Source: Candidatus Heimdallarchaeum aukensis
GTDB lineage: Archaea > Asgardarchaeota > Heimdallarchaeia > Heimdallarchaeales > Heimdallarchaeaceae
Assembly (NCBI GenBank): GCA_021513695.1
Contig: CP084166.1
Span: forward strand, 2,432,001-2,496,000
Reading direction: 5' to 3'
DNA: 64,000 nt
The translations under genes and the position numbers were made by a program. Under the pieces are notes generated by a model, which was given only the letters and a program-made list of their open reading frames with translations, was not told where the DNA came from and did not search any database. Shown here one piece after another: positions 10,315 to 20,358 of the stretch; position 1 is the first letter of the stretch, and the number at the start of each line of letters is the position of its first letter.

Positions 10315-12492
10315 TTATTTTTTATATTCAAATTTTTCTGACACTCTAATGTCTCTAGATGAGAAACCTATAAGCAACTCAAATGTTCCTTCTTCTACTT
10401 TCCATTGATGTGATTGGGGGTCGTAGTATTGTAAATGTTCTCTGTTGAAATTAAACTGAATTTGTTTTTCTTCTCCTTCTTTAAGTGATATCTTAGCAAA
10501 ACCTTTTAGTTCCTTAAAGGGACGAATTAACGAGCAATCAACATCTCGAATATAAGCTTGAACCACAACTTTTCCACCTCTTTTCCCTGTGTTTCTAACC
10601 TTAAGTGTTGCTTGTATGGTTTCATTTCCTTTGAAACTTTTCTTGTTCAAAGTAAGGTTGTCACAATCAAAAGAAGTGAATGATAGACCATGACCGAACG
10701 GAAATTGGGGTTCTATATTCTGAGTATCGAAGTGTCTGTATCCTATCATTATTCCTTCCTTATAATTCATTGTTGTTGAAACAAAAAAGCGGTTTTTTTC
10801 TTTTGTATTTTGCTTTAAATGTTTAATTTTTTGATTAAGGTAGTCATCTGCATAATTTTTGACAGTAGAAAAGTCATTCCATCTCTTTGCCATTGTGAAA
10901 GGAAGTTTGCCTGAAGGGTTAACTTTTCCTAAAATAACTTCTGCTACAGGAATTGCTGCATTTTGCCCAAGGTAAAAACTGTGAATAATAGCTTCGACTG
11001 AGTTTAACCAACTTTCAGTTTCAAATCCTCCTCCAGCATTTACTACTACGATTATTTGTTTATTCAGTTCTGCTACTTTTTTGATCAATTTGGATTGATT
11101 TTGAACAAATTCCCAAGGTCTATCTAACGTTTCTGTTTCTTCCCATTCAGTAAAACCTGTACAAATAATAACTTTATCTGCTTCTTTTATTAGCTGTTGA
11201 TCCTTTTTTGTGATCTTATCTCTGTTTGACTTAATTGGAATAAAGTTGATGTTTGGAGCTAATTCCACTAGAGCTTCAAAAATACTCTTAGAATTAGGCA
11301 CATGAACATAGCATGACCCTCCTCCACTTGTGGGTGTTTTAAATGCGTTTCTTCCCAAAACAGCTATATTCTGTTCTTTCAGTGCATCAATTGGAAGACT
11401 ATTTATTTCATTTTTTAGCAAGACAATACTCTCTCTTGCAATTTCAAGGGCGATTTCATTATTTTTTTCTATCAAACTTTCAAAGTTTATTTTTTCTTTT
11501 CTCCTTCCGTATACACCCATTTCGAAAAATACTTTGAGGATATTTCTAACTTTAGAGTCAATCTCATCAAAGGAAGAAATGTTAGTACTCATGTGTTTCT
11601 TTTGTAAGTAATTAAGAATCTTTGTAACTGTGTAATGTTTAGCTTCTGGCATTTCAATATCTAAACCAGCTTCTAATGGTCCTTCAGTACTATAAACCGA
11701 ATCCCAATCAGATATTATAATTCCATCAAATTTCCACTTATTTCGCAAAATTTCAGTAAGTAGTTCTTTGTTCTCACTACAATGAACTCCATTAACTAAA
11801 TTGTATGCAGACATAATAGCTTTGGCTTTTCCTTTTTGAACAGCAGCTTTGAAAGCTGGAAAATATATCTCGTGAAGAGTTCTTTCATCAATAATAACGT
11901 TAGTTGAATGTCTTTTGTATTCGGAGTTGTTTGCTACAAAGTGCTTAACTGTTGCTATAATGCCTGTTTCTTGTAATCCTTGGACATAAGGAACAACAAG
12001 CTCAGAAGCTAAAAAAGGATCTTCTCCCATATACTCAAAATTTCTTCCATTAGTAGGAACTCGATAAATATTTACTCCTGGACCAAGTAAAACAGATATG
12101 TCTTTTGCTCTACACTCCTCACCTATTGCCTTAGCAACTTTGAAAATCAAATCTCTATTCCAACTTGCAGTCATAGCTATCAATGATGGAAAAGCCGTTG
12201 ACCTTCCATAAGTTCGAATACCAGAAGACGCATCTGTAGTCCAGACACGAGGAAGTTTTAAACGTTCAACACCAGAAATAGCAAAAATTTCTTCTCCAGA
12301 AAGAAGATTTATTTTTTCATTAAGTGTTAATTTATTTATAAGATATTCAACTTTTTCTTCTGTTGTTTCGAGTGAAAAAAATTCCTGTTTTCTAATTTCT
12401 TCATTAAGTTTAATGTCAGGTTCAAGTTTCTGGCTGAAATCAGGAGGAGAAGTAAAGATATGGTGAAGTATAACTTTTAATAATTTGTTCAT
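10315..12492 (-). CDS. glycoside hydrolase family 3 beta-glucosidase (BglX-like) with C-terminal FnIII-like domain
   Basis: It carries GH3 signatures: KHFVANNSEYKRHSTNVIIDERTLHEIYFPAFKAAV, the catalytic-Asp region GIIISDWDSV, and a C-terminal beta-sandwich. Confidence 0.85.
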   Translation of the reverse strand: MNKLLKVILHHIFTSPPDFSQKLEPDIKLNEEIRKQEFFSLETTEEKVEYLINKLTLNEKINLLSGEEIFAISGVERLKLPRVWTTDASSGIRTYGRSTAFPSLIAMTASWNRDLIFKVAKAIGEECRAKDISVLLGPGVNIYRVPTNGRNFEYMGEDPFLASELVVPYVQGLQETGIIATVKHFVANNSEYKRHSTNVIIDERTLHEIYFPAFKAAVQKGKAKAIMSAYNLVNGVHCSENKELLTEILRNKWKFDGIIISDWDSVYSTEGPLEAGLDIEMPEAKHYTVTKILNYLQKKHMSTNISSFDEIDSKVRNILKVFFEMGVYGRRKEKINFESLIEKNNEIALEIARESIVLLKNEINSLPIDALKEQNIAVLGRNAFKTPTSGGGSCYVHVPNSKSIFEALVELAPNINFIPIKSNRDKITKKDQQLIKEADKVIICTGFTEWEETETLDRPWEFVQNQSKLIKKVAELNKQIIVVVNAGGGFETESWLNSVEAIIHSFYLGQNAAIPVAEVILGKVNPSGKLPFTMAKRWNDFSTVKNYADDYLNQKIKHLKQNTKEKNRFFVSTTMNYKEGIMIGYRHFDTQNIEPQFPFGHGLSFTSFDCDNLTLNKKSFKGNETIQATLKVRNTGKRGGKVVVQAYIRDVDCSLIRPFKELKGFAKISLKEGEEKQIQFNFNREHLQYYDPQSHQWKVEEGTFELLIGFSSRDIRVSEKFEYKK

Positions 12493-12601
12493 TTATATTA
12501 TAAAAACTAAAAGAATAGTTAAGTGTTATTATTACTATAGTTTGATTATTTATTAAAAAAAAAGACAAATGTTTTTAATAAAAAGTGCAAATTAAATAAC
12601 G

Positions 12602-13675
12602 ATGATAACTCCTTCAATATTTGCATTTTCTTTCCTAATAGAATCAACATTGTTGCTAGGATTTACTACCTATATTTTCATGAAAACCTATCTACAAATC
12701 AAGCACATATCTAATCTTCTAATGAGTATTGGGACAGGATTAGTGATGATTTCCTATTTCGTATCTTTTGGAATGGATTTTATTGATCAAACTGATGTTC
12801 AATCAGCTAAAATAATTTTGTCAATTACAAACATGATAATAACCATAGGTCTATTTTTTATTGCTCTATCTTTATTCTATATAAAATCAAAATATTTCAA
12901 CATCGCAGCAATTGTAGGTTCTTTTCTTGTTGGAATTGCGTTTATTACAGTTTCAAACACTGATAATCTAAGAATGTATTACAATGAAAAAGTTAATTTT
13001 TGGATTAATGACTATACAAAATATGCTAATATATTAATGAGTTCTATTTTTCTTGTTATTTTTATTTTAATTGCTTTGTATGTTACTGAAAAAATAAGAT
13101 ACATAGTAAATAAGAAAAAATTGTTCTCTTTCACTGTTCTTGGAATTTTTATTGCTTTTATATGGTTAGCAATAATTTCTATTCCTGGAGTATATATTTA
13201 CAGAGTCTATATTCTTCCTTTAGCACTATTTTTTATTGGTTTAGATAATTTATTTAATCCTCTAAGTCTGATAGTTTCTCATAACAAGCCAAGAGAAATC
13301 TTTCTTCTTTCAAGAACAAATGTTCCCCTTGTTGGTTATGACTACAGAAAACAAGAGAAAATAAATGATTTGAGTGATATTCGAATACTTAGAGTAAGTC
13401 AGCTACTTATAGAAGAGAAAGTAGGAGAAACAAAAGATGCCCACTTCTCTGCGAAACAAGGAGAATTAATATCCATAGCTTATGAGTGCTTTATTTTAAC
13501 AACAATTGCCAAGGAAATAGACCCTAATTTAAAATCTGTGCTCTATCTAACTTTGCAGAGGTTTTGTGATTGTATAAATTATTCAGTGTTTATATCTTCT
13601 GAAGTTTTAAAGAAAGATGAAGAAGAAAAGTTTCTTATGATTCTAAAAAGCAATCTAGATGCAATATTGTATTAA
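12602..13675 (+). CDS. membrane protein, tandem paralog A (6-7 TM N-terminal domain plus cytoplasmic alpha/beta domain, possibly roadblock/LC7-like)
   Basis: It is about 60-70% identical to the next gene over its full length. The conserved core is ILPLALFF[IV]GLDNLFNPLSLIVS and IFLLS[RK]TN[VI]PLVGYDY...DIRILRVSQL[LV]IEEKVGETK. Confidence 0.5.
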   Translation: MITPSIFAFSFLIESTLLLGFTTYIFMKTYLQIKHISNLLMSIGTGLVMISYFVSFGMDFIDQTDVQSAKIILSITNMIITIGLFFIALSLFYIKSKYFNIAAIVGSFLVGIAFITVSNTDNLRMYYNEKVNFWINDYTKYANILMSSIFLVIFILIALYVTEKIRYIVNKKKLFSFTVLGIFIAFIWLAIISIPGVYIYRVYILPLALFFIGLDNLFNPLSLIVSHNKPREIFLLSRTNVPLVGYDYRKQEKINDLSDIRILRVSQLLIEEKVGETKDAHFSAKQGELISIAYECFILTTIAKEIDPNLKSVLYLTLQRFCDCINYSVFISSEVLKKDEEEKFLMILKSNLDAILY

Positions 13676-13825
13676 AAAGCAAGTACATTCTTTTTTTTAT
13701 TAAAACTAAAAAATGTCTACACTTGTTAATTGAATACATAATTGAAAAAGTTTTAAAAAATTTTAAGAACCTGAACTTGCCTATAAACAAAAAAGAGCAT
13801 AATTTTTTTAAGTTAATTTCAGCAT

Positions 13826-14905
13826 TTGATGATGATGCTAGTTTCTCTATACTCCTTATCATACTTTATCGAAGCTATTCTGTTTTATGGCTTTACATCG
13901 CTTATTTTCATTAAAAGCTACTTGAAATTAAAGCATGTTTCTAACCTATTTATGAGTATTGGAACATTTTTTGTTCTGCTTTCTTATGGTCTGTCTTTTT
14001 CATTAGCTTTTATTAGCCCAGAAAATTTAGAAAAAGCTAAAAAAATTTTGGTAAGTACAAATATGTTACTTATACTTGGTGTTTATTTAATTTCTATAGC
14101 ACTCATCTATATAAAATCAAAATTTTTCAATGTTGCGGCTATTACGAATTCTTTTTTGATAGGAGTCGCTTTTATAACTCTTTCTCACATTGAAAATTTA
14201 ACAATGACCTACAATGAAAGGGTGAAATATTGGGAAACAGACTATTCAAAACATGCGACTATATTACTATGTTCAGCTTTTTTGTTTATCGCAATTATAA
14301 TCTCTCTTTATGTGGTTGAGAAATTAAAGTATGACATTAAAAAAAGAAAATTCATTTCATTAACAACATTGGGGATATTTACTTGGTTCATATGGATATT
14401 AATAGTTCCTATTCCCAGATTATACCTATATCGGATATTTATATTGCCTTTAGCGCTTTTTTTTGTTGGTTTAGATAATTTATTCAATCCTTTAAGTTTG
14501 ATTGTATCTTCAAACAAGCCAACAGAAATCTTTCTTCTTTCAAAAACTAATATCCCTCTTGTTGGTTATGATTATAATAAAAGAAAGAAAATAGAAGATT
14601 TAAACGATATTAGAATACTTAGAGTTAGCCAACTAGTCATAGAAGAAAAAGTAGGAGAAACAAAAAATGCGTACTTTCACGCAACAGAGGGAGAATTACT
14701 CTCAATTGCTTACGGAAATTATATTTTAACAACTATCGCTAAAAAAATAGATGCTAACTTGAAAACTGTGCTTTCTCTAACTTTAAGAAAGTTTAACTCA
14801 TATATTAATGTCTCATCAGAAAAAAATGCAGAGGAGTTAAAACAGGATGAAGAAAAGATGTTTCTTACGATTCTAAATAATTATCTGGACACAATCTTAC
14901 ATTAA
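13826..14905 (+). CDS. membrane protein, tandem paralog B of 12602..13675
   Basis: See paralog A. It has the same architecture and length (359 vs 357 aa). Confidence 0.5.
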   Translation: MMMMLVSLYSLSYFIEAILFYGFTSLIFIKSYLKLKHVSNLFMSIGTFFVLLSYGLSFSLAFISPENLEKAKKILVSTNMLLILGVYLISIALIYIKSKFFNVAAITNSFLIGVAFITLSHIENLTMTYNERVKYWETDYSKHATILLCSAFLFIAIIISLYVVEKLKYDIKKRKFISLTTLGIFTWFIWILIVPIPRLYLYRIFILPLALFFVGLDNLFNPLSLIVSSNKPTEIFLLSKTNIPLVGYDYNKRKKIEDLNDIRILRVSQLVIEEKVGETKNAYFHATEGELLSIAYGNYILTTIAKKIDANLKTVLSLTLRKFNSYINVSSEKNAEELKQDEEKMFLTILNNYLDTILH

Positions 14906-15169
14906 AGAATCTTTTTTCTGCTGATTTTCTAATTTGGAAATATTTTTAAGTACTCAATAAGAACCTATTGTGATAACAATGGATCTCATCCTCTCCTTAT
15001 AGTGTGTTGCGAGGGGAACTCGCGCTAAGAAAAAATGTCATGAATTTTGATTAGATTAGCGGCGAGTAGAGAAATTGTTAGAGTTTTGTTTTTACTTAAA
15101 CTGAGCTACAATTTTACTTTTCTCATACTAGCTGTTTTCTAATCAAATTTTGTTTAATCAAAAACGGAG

Positions 15170-16162
15170 GTGAAAAAAGTGTCAAATTACACAAAATTAA
15201 AGTGGTATCGCTTTGATATTGCAAGAAGAATCAGAGCGCTTGATGGAGAAGAACTAGTTGCAGAATTGGAAAAAATAATAGAAGAAATCAAAAGAAAAAA
15301 GTTAGATCGATTAGGCGTATTTAAAGTACAGATTAGAGAATTGGAACAGCTAATAGAAAATGAAAAAGCTCAACCAAAGAGAAAAGGAAGACAATACGAC
15401 CCCTTCTTTATTCCATATGGAGGGGATGGAAGAGTTGCACTTTTTGGTTTGTCAAATGTCGGAAAAAGCTCGCTTATGAATGCTATAACTAACGCAGAAG
15501 TAGCTACAGGAAATTATTTGAACACTACGAGACAAGCATTAGCAGGGACGTGTGAATACGAGAATGTAAAAATTCAGATTATTGATTTACCCGGTTTCCT
15601 AGACTTTAAAGAGGATTGGAACATTAGTAAACAAATCTTAAGGGTTGCTCGAACTTGTGACTCTATAACACTTGTAATAGATTTGTCAATGAATGTTGAA
15701 AGACAATATAACTTTCTTATCCAACAATTAGAAAACGCTAGATTAATTAAAGATGGAGAAACAATCTACAAATTTGCCATTATTGCAACAAAAGGTGATC
15801 TTCCTTGTACAGAAGAAGCTTTCAAGAAATTGAAAACAATAACTGATTTATCCATATGCCCAATCTCAATGAAAAATAAGGATTCTTTGGACAGATTAAA
15901 GAAAATGCTCTTTGAAACATTAAATGTAGTAAGGGTCTATACCAAGAAACCTAAAAATCAACCTGATATGGAGCATCCTCTCGTTCTACCAAAAGGTTCA
16001 ACAGTTAAAGATGTAGCACTGAAATTACACAAGGATTTCCTTAAATTTTTCAAATATGCTAGAATTTGGGGTAAATCTTGCGATTTTCCTGGTCAAAGAG
16101 TAGGGGTTGAGCATATTCTTGAAGACGAGGATATAGTAGAAATTTCAACTTCACAAAAATAG
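15170..16162 (+). CDS. GTP-binding protein, DRG/Obg family with C-terminal TGS domain
   Basis: It has G1 GLSNVGKSSLMNAIT, G3 DLPGF and G4 TKGD, with a C-terminal TGS-like VRVYTKKPKNQ...VLPKGSTVKDVALKLHKDF. It starts on GTG, preceded by GGAGGTG. Confidence 0.75.
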   Translation: MKKVSNYTKLKWYRFDIARRIRALDGEELVAELEKIIEEIKRKKLDRLGVFKVQIRELEQLIENEKAQPKRKGRQYDPFFIPYGGDGRVALFGLSNVGKSSLMNAITNAEVATGNYLNTTRQALAGTCEYENVKIQIIDLPGFLDFKEDWNISKQILRVARTCDSITLVIDLSMNVERQYNFLIQQLENARLIKDGETIYKFAIIATKGDLPCTEEAFKKLKTITDLSICPISMKNKDSLDRLKKMLFETLNVVRVYTKKPKNQPDMEHPLVLPKGSTVKDVALKLHKDFLKFFKYARIWGKSCDFPGQRVGVEHILEDEDIVEISTSQK

Positions 16163-16258
16163 CCTAATTTCTACTTTTTTTTATTTCTAAAAAAAAGATT
16201 GAACGAAACTTTTAGTTCTGGATAAAATTTATAACATATTAATATCTTTTCGATTTCA

Positions 16259-16777
16259 ATGGATTCAGTAAGCCATGGAAGCGTTTCCACTCTTATCGGT
16301 TTTATTTTCATTCAATTTTATGACGTACCGTTTTTCCCCTTGCTGGCTATATTGTTTGTATGGGGAGTTTTAGTTGATTATGATCATGCAATATATTATA
16401 AGCAAAAACATCCTGAAGCAAAAATATGGAATATTCCTCAACTAATTAAGATCTATTTCAGTACTGTGGATAACAATGATGAATTTATTTATCATACATG
16501 GTTGCATGAACCATTAGGGGTATTGTTTGTAAGTGCAATAACAGTTCCAATTTTTTATTTCACTAAATATCCTGAATTTATAATTCTAGCAATAAGTTGT
16601 TACTTTTTTCATTTTTTACTAGATTTATTTTCTGGAAAGATGAAACCTTTAGCTCCCTTTAACGAAGAATTCACAATAAGATGGCAAATTCTTCCACGAA
16701 ATTCATTTACTGCTGCTTCAATATCATTGTTAGTATTTTTAGTTACATTGTCTATACAAATATTCATAGGTTTCTAA
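16259..16777 (+). CDS. membrane-bound metal-dependent hydrolase-like protein (DUF457/YdjM-like)
   Basis: This small polytopic membrane protein has the His/Asp-rich motif LVDYDHAIYY and a downstream HTWLHEP. Confidence 0.4.
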   Translation: MDSVSHGSVSTLIGFIFIQFYDVPFFPLLAILFVWGVLVDYDHAIYYKQKHPEAKIWNIPQLIKIYFSTVDNNDEFIYHTWLHEPLGVLFVSAITVPIFYFTKYPEFIILAISCYFFHFLLDLFSGKMKPLAPFNEEFTIRWQILPRNSFTAASISLLVFLVTLSIQIFIGF

Positions 16778-16823
16778 TTTTTCAAAAAAAGCTTATTTAG
16801 TTAGAAGTTAAATGTAAATTGAA

Positions 16824-19217
16824 ATGTCAACAGAATTTGTAGGTAAAGTTCCTACTAAATTGGTAAAACTAGTGCTAAATCATGTTATAAGAAAAAAACA
16901 CTTTAAAAATAATCAAGTTATTCCGCCAGAGAATTGGCATTCGTTAGGTAATTTTGTAGGAATAGATAAAGAAAAGATGGAGATAAAACTAGAAAATGGT
17001 GAAATGAAGATAGAATATATCAAGCCCCATATAGTCAAGATTTTTTATGGTCTAAAAAAAGAAAAAAAGCCGTTAAGTTTTGCTATTGAGAAAGATCTTG
17101 ATTCATTTACACAAATTTTTGTTAGCGATAGAAAAGAAGTAGTAGACATAAGCCCTAAAGGAAGTAAGAAACAACAGAGTATTTCCATTATTATTGATAA
17201 AGATAATAATCTCTGCATTTTTAAATCTCCAAGAGGAGAGATTTATTCTGAAACTATACCAATTTATTCAGAAGAAAAGTGGTATAGAAGTTTAAAGATA
17301 TCAAATAAAACAAGAGAACATTATTTTGGTTTTGGAGAAGCTACAGGAGAGTTAGATAAAGTTAATAATACTGTTGCATTTTGGAATACTGACAGTCTAC
17401 CTTATGACAATAAAAGAAAAAATCTCTATCAAAGCCAGCCAATTCAAGTTACAATTCAAGAAAATGGTTTAATTTATGCAATAATTTATGATAACCCATA
17501 CAAATCTACAATTTCTGTTGAAAAAAACGAAGCAGGTTACATAACTGAATATTCTGTCGCTGGAGGAGGAATAATTTATTACCTTATAGTCAGTTCATCA
17601 ATTTCAGGCCTGTTTTCTGAATTAACATACATTTTAGGAAAAGTACCTCTTCCTCCATTAAATTCTCTAGGTCACCATCAAAGCCTATGGTCATATAAGA
17701 ATGAAGAAGAAGTGAGAAAAGTCGCAGAAACTTTCAGAAATAAGCAAATACCTTGCGACTTTATTCATTTAGACATTGATTATATGGATGGCTATAGAAT
17801 ATTTACGTGGAATAAAGAACGATTTCCAAATATTAAAGAATTATCGTCTGAATTACTCGAAAAACACAACATTAAACTTCTCGCTATTACCGATCCAGGA
17901 ATAAAAGTTGATCCCGAATATTTTATGTATAAGGAAGGAATAAAAGATAATCATTTTGTCAAAAATGAAGATGGAAAAACACTATTCGAAGGAGAAGTAT
18001 GGCCCGGACAATGTCATTTTCCTGACTTTAGCCAGCAAAAAACAAGAGAATGGTTTGGTAGTAAGTTTAAGATTTTAGATGAGTGTGGAATAGAAGCTTT
18101 TTGGATAGATATGAATGAACCTTCAGTTTTTTCAGAATTAGGGACTATACCAGAGGCTGCAATTCATCCTTGCGATGGAAAAAACAGATCTCATGCAGAA
18201 ATGCATAATCAATATGGACACTTGATGTCAAAAGCGGTTTATGAGGGATTAAAAAAAATCAATGAAAATAAACGTGTATTCATTTTAACTCGTTCAGCCT
18301 ATATTGGAACACAAAGATATGCTGGGAGCTGGACAGGAGATAATAATGCTGAATGGGGGCACCTAAGAATGAGTTTACCTATGTTGATGAATATGGCTAT
18401 AAGTGGACAAGTAATGATTGGTCCTGATATTGGGGGTTTTCTAGGAAAACCTTCTGCAGAATTACTCATTAGATGGTACCAAGCAGGATTATTCTATCCC
18501 TTTTTCAGAAATCATAGTATAAATAAAAATTGCCGACATGAGCCATGGGTATTTGGAAAGCGTGTAGAAAAAATTATCCGCAAAACAATCCAATTAAGGT
18601 ATCAGTTATTACCCTATCTCTATACTTCGCTGGTGGAAACTTGTAAAACTGGTATACCTCTCTTTAAAGCTCTTTTCATTGATTACATAAACGACGAAGA
18701 GGTCTATAATAAACAATGGCTTAATACTGAGTATTTAGTGGGAAATTCATTACTTATTGCACCAATTCTTAAAAAATGGAGAAGAAAAAGAAAAGTATAT
18801 TTTCCTAAAGGGACAAAATGGTTTAGTTTTGATGGTAGTCAAATTTATGAAGGAGGAAAAACATATACTATCTCTATCCCTCTTGATTCCTTCAATTTTA
18901 TTTTTATAAAAGAAGGTTCTATAATTCCAATAATTGATAAGGATATTCAATCAACAGAAGAAGTGCTGAAAGAGCCATTAACTATCCTAATTTGTGGAGA
19001 AAAAGAAGCAAAAGGAGAAGTTTACCTTGATGATGGTTATACTATGAATTATGAAAAAGAAGACTTTGAAATTGCAAGATTCGAAGCAAAGCTACAAGAG
19101 AAAGAATCATGGAATATTTACCTCTCTAGAGAAGGGAAAAAGAAGAAATACATCAATGTTGAAAATGTAAAGCAGGTAGGCCATAGGACTATAGGTTTTG
19201 CAATATTTGAAGAATAA
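16824..19217 (+). CDS. glycoside hydrolase family 31 alpha-glucosidase
   Basis: It contains the GH31 catalytic nucleophile motif GIEAFWIDMNEPS and the downstream acid/base region (GSWTGDNNAEW). Its 797-aa length is typical of GH31. Confidence 0.85.
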   Translation: MSTEFVGKVPTKLVKLVLNHVIRKKHFKNNQVIPPENWHSLGNFVGIDKEKMEIKLENGEMKIEYIKPHIVKIFYGLKKEKKPLSFAIEKDLDSFTQIFVSDRKEVVDISPKGSKKQQSISIIIDKDNNLCIFKSPRGEIYSETIPIYSEEKWYRSLKISNKTREHYFGFGEATGELDKVNNTVAFWNTDSLPYDNKRKNLYQSQPIQVTIQENGLIYAIIYDNPYKSTISVEKNEAGYITEYSVAGGGIIYYLIVSSSISGLFSELTYILGKVPLPPLNSLGHHQSLWSYKNEEEVRKVAETFRNKQIPCDFIHLDIDYMDGYRIFTWNKERFPNIKELSSELLEKHNIKLLAITDPGIKVDPEYFMYKEGIKDNHFVKNEDGKTLFEGEVWPGQCHFPDFSQQKTREWFGSKFKILDECGIEAFWIDMNEPSVFSELGTIPEAAIHPCDGKNRSHAEMHNQYGHLMSKAVYEGLKKINENKRVFILTRSAYIGTQRYAGSWTGDNNAEWGHLRMSLPMLMNMAISGQVMIGPDIGGFLGKPSAELLIRWYQAGLFYPFFRNHSINKNCRHEPWVFGKRVEKIIRKTIQLRYQLLPYLYTSLVETCKTGIPLFKALFIDYINDEEVYNKQWLNTEYLVGNSLLIAPILKKWRRKRKVYFPKGTKWFSFDGSQIYEGGKTYTISIPLDSFNFIFIKEGSIIPIIDKDIQSTEEVLKEPLTILICGEKEAKGEVYLDDGYTMNYEKEDFEIARFEAKLQEKESWNIYLSREGKKKKYINVENVKQVGHRTIGFAIFEE

Positions 19218-19260
19218 TTAATTTAATTGTAATAACTAAAAAATATTAGTTTATTTACTT

Positions 19261-19587
19261 TTAGCTTTCAGGGATAGAACGAGGAATAGATGGGTCATCA
19301 GCTTCGTGATATATCTTTCCTTCTCTACCAAGGGAGATTTGCTTTTTTCCTAAATATTCTTTACACCAACCATTAACAATACTAACTACTTGTCCAACTT
19401 TGTAATCTTCTCCCGCTTTAGGACCCCAAAGAGTTAGAACAGTTGAACCAGTTTGGTCAACTAATAATAAATCCCAAGCATAAAGCCATCTTCCTCGAGA
19501 GTTAATTTTTCGTGGACCTTGTTTAGAAATTATTCTAGCTTTTATCTCGTCAAAATTGCTATTTGCTTTCAGTTCATTAATTTTCAT
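19261..19587 (-). CDS. single OB-fold ssDNA-binding protein (RPA/SSB-like)
   Basis: FDEIKARIISKQGPRKINSRGRWLYAWDLLLVDQTGSTVLTLWG matches the archaeal RPA/SSB OB-fold pattern (G.v.....r.f......l.D.TG.i..TLW). Confidence 0.6.
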   Translation of the reverse strand: MKINELKANSNFDEIKARIISKQGPRKINSRGRWLYAWDLLLVDQTGSTVLTLWGPKAGEDYKVGQVVSIVNGWCKEYLGKKQISLGREGKIYHEADDPSIPRSIPES

Positions 19588-19679
19588 AAATTTTATTTTA
19601 AATTAAGGCACATAAACTTTTTTGTACATTCTTCTTTGTCTTAGAAATAGAAAAAAAATAATAATAAAAAAATAAGAGA

Positions 19680-20354
19680 CTAGTTTCCTGTTTCAGCTAA
19701 AGCTATCTGGATTGCTCTTTCTATATTCTCATCTACTCGCAATCCTTTATTCCTATCTTGGGGGGAAACAACATTTATGATAGCGATGTCTGCTCCATTG
19801 AAGTAAGCTTCTTTTACCTTATTTACCACTAAACCTCCTGCAACTGAAATAAGTGTGTCAAATTTTGATCTTATTTTAGTTATATCTTTATATCGAATGA
19901 TACTTCTTGGATTGTCTTCTTCATCTCGTCCTTTATGAATAACTACCGCATGGGGTTTAAAACGTAAAGGCATCATTTTGCGTAGAGGGTTAGTTACTCC
20001 TAACATGTCAATAACGGCATACAAACCATTTTCTCGACAGAATTTACAGAACAAGTTTAGGGTGTCTATAGGTGCTGAACCTAATACTGTTACTGCATTT
20101 GCTCCAGCTTTTGCTGCTATCATTGTTTCACTAAAAGCACCATCTGTTAGTTTTAGATCCGCTAAAAGTAAACCTCTCCAATGTCTCCGAATATAGTGAA
20201 CACCTCTCATCCCTTCGAGTTTAATAAAAGGTGTTCCTGCCTCAATTATAATTCTTGGATCGTTAGGTATTCTAGGGAGAATAGCTCTGACTTGTGATAA
20301 GTCACCGTTAAAAGCTATCTGGACATACCTACGATGCGAATCCAAGTTTATCAT
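19680..20354 (-). CDS. 3-hexulose-6-phosphate synthase / OMP-decarboxylase-family (KGPDC/HPS) protein
   Basis: It shows a TIM-barrel HPS pattern: IIIEAGTPFI, LLADLKLTDG, GANAVTVLG, VIHKGRDEE, ISVAGGL. Confidence 0.55.
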   Translation of the reverse strand: MINLDSHRRYVQIAFNGDLSQVRAILPRIPNDPRIIIEAGTPFIKLEGMRGVHYIRRHWRGLLLADLKLTDGAFSETMIAAKAGANAVTVLGSAPIDTLNLFCKFCRENGLYAVIDMLGVTNPLRKMMPLRFKPHAVVIHKGRDEEDNPRSIIRYKDITKIRSKFDTLISVAGGLVVNKVKEAYFNGADIAIINVVSPQDRNKGLRVDENIERAIQIALAETGN

Positions 20355-20358
20355 GTTC

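Noticed and set aside
13635-13914. Two short listed ORFs between the tandem membrane-protein paralogs
   Set aside because: They sit in an AT-rich intergenic spacer, overlap each other on opposite strands and show no motif or compositional signal.
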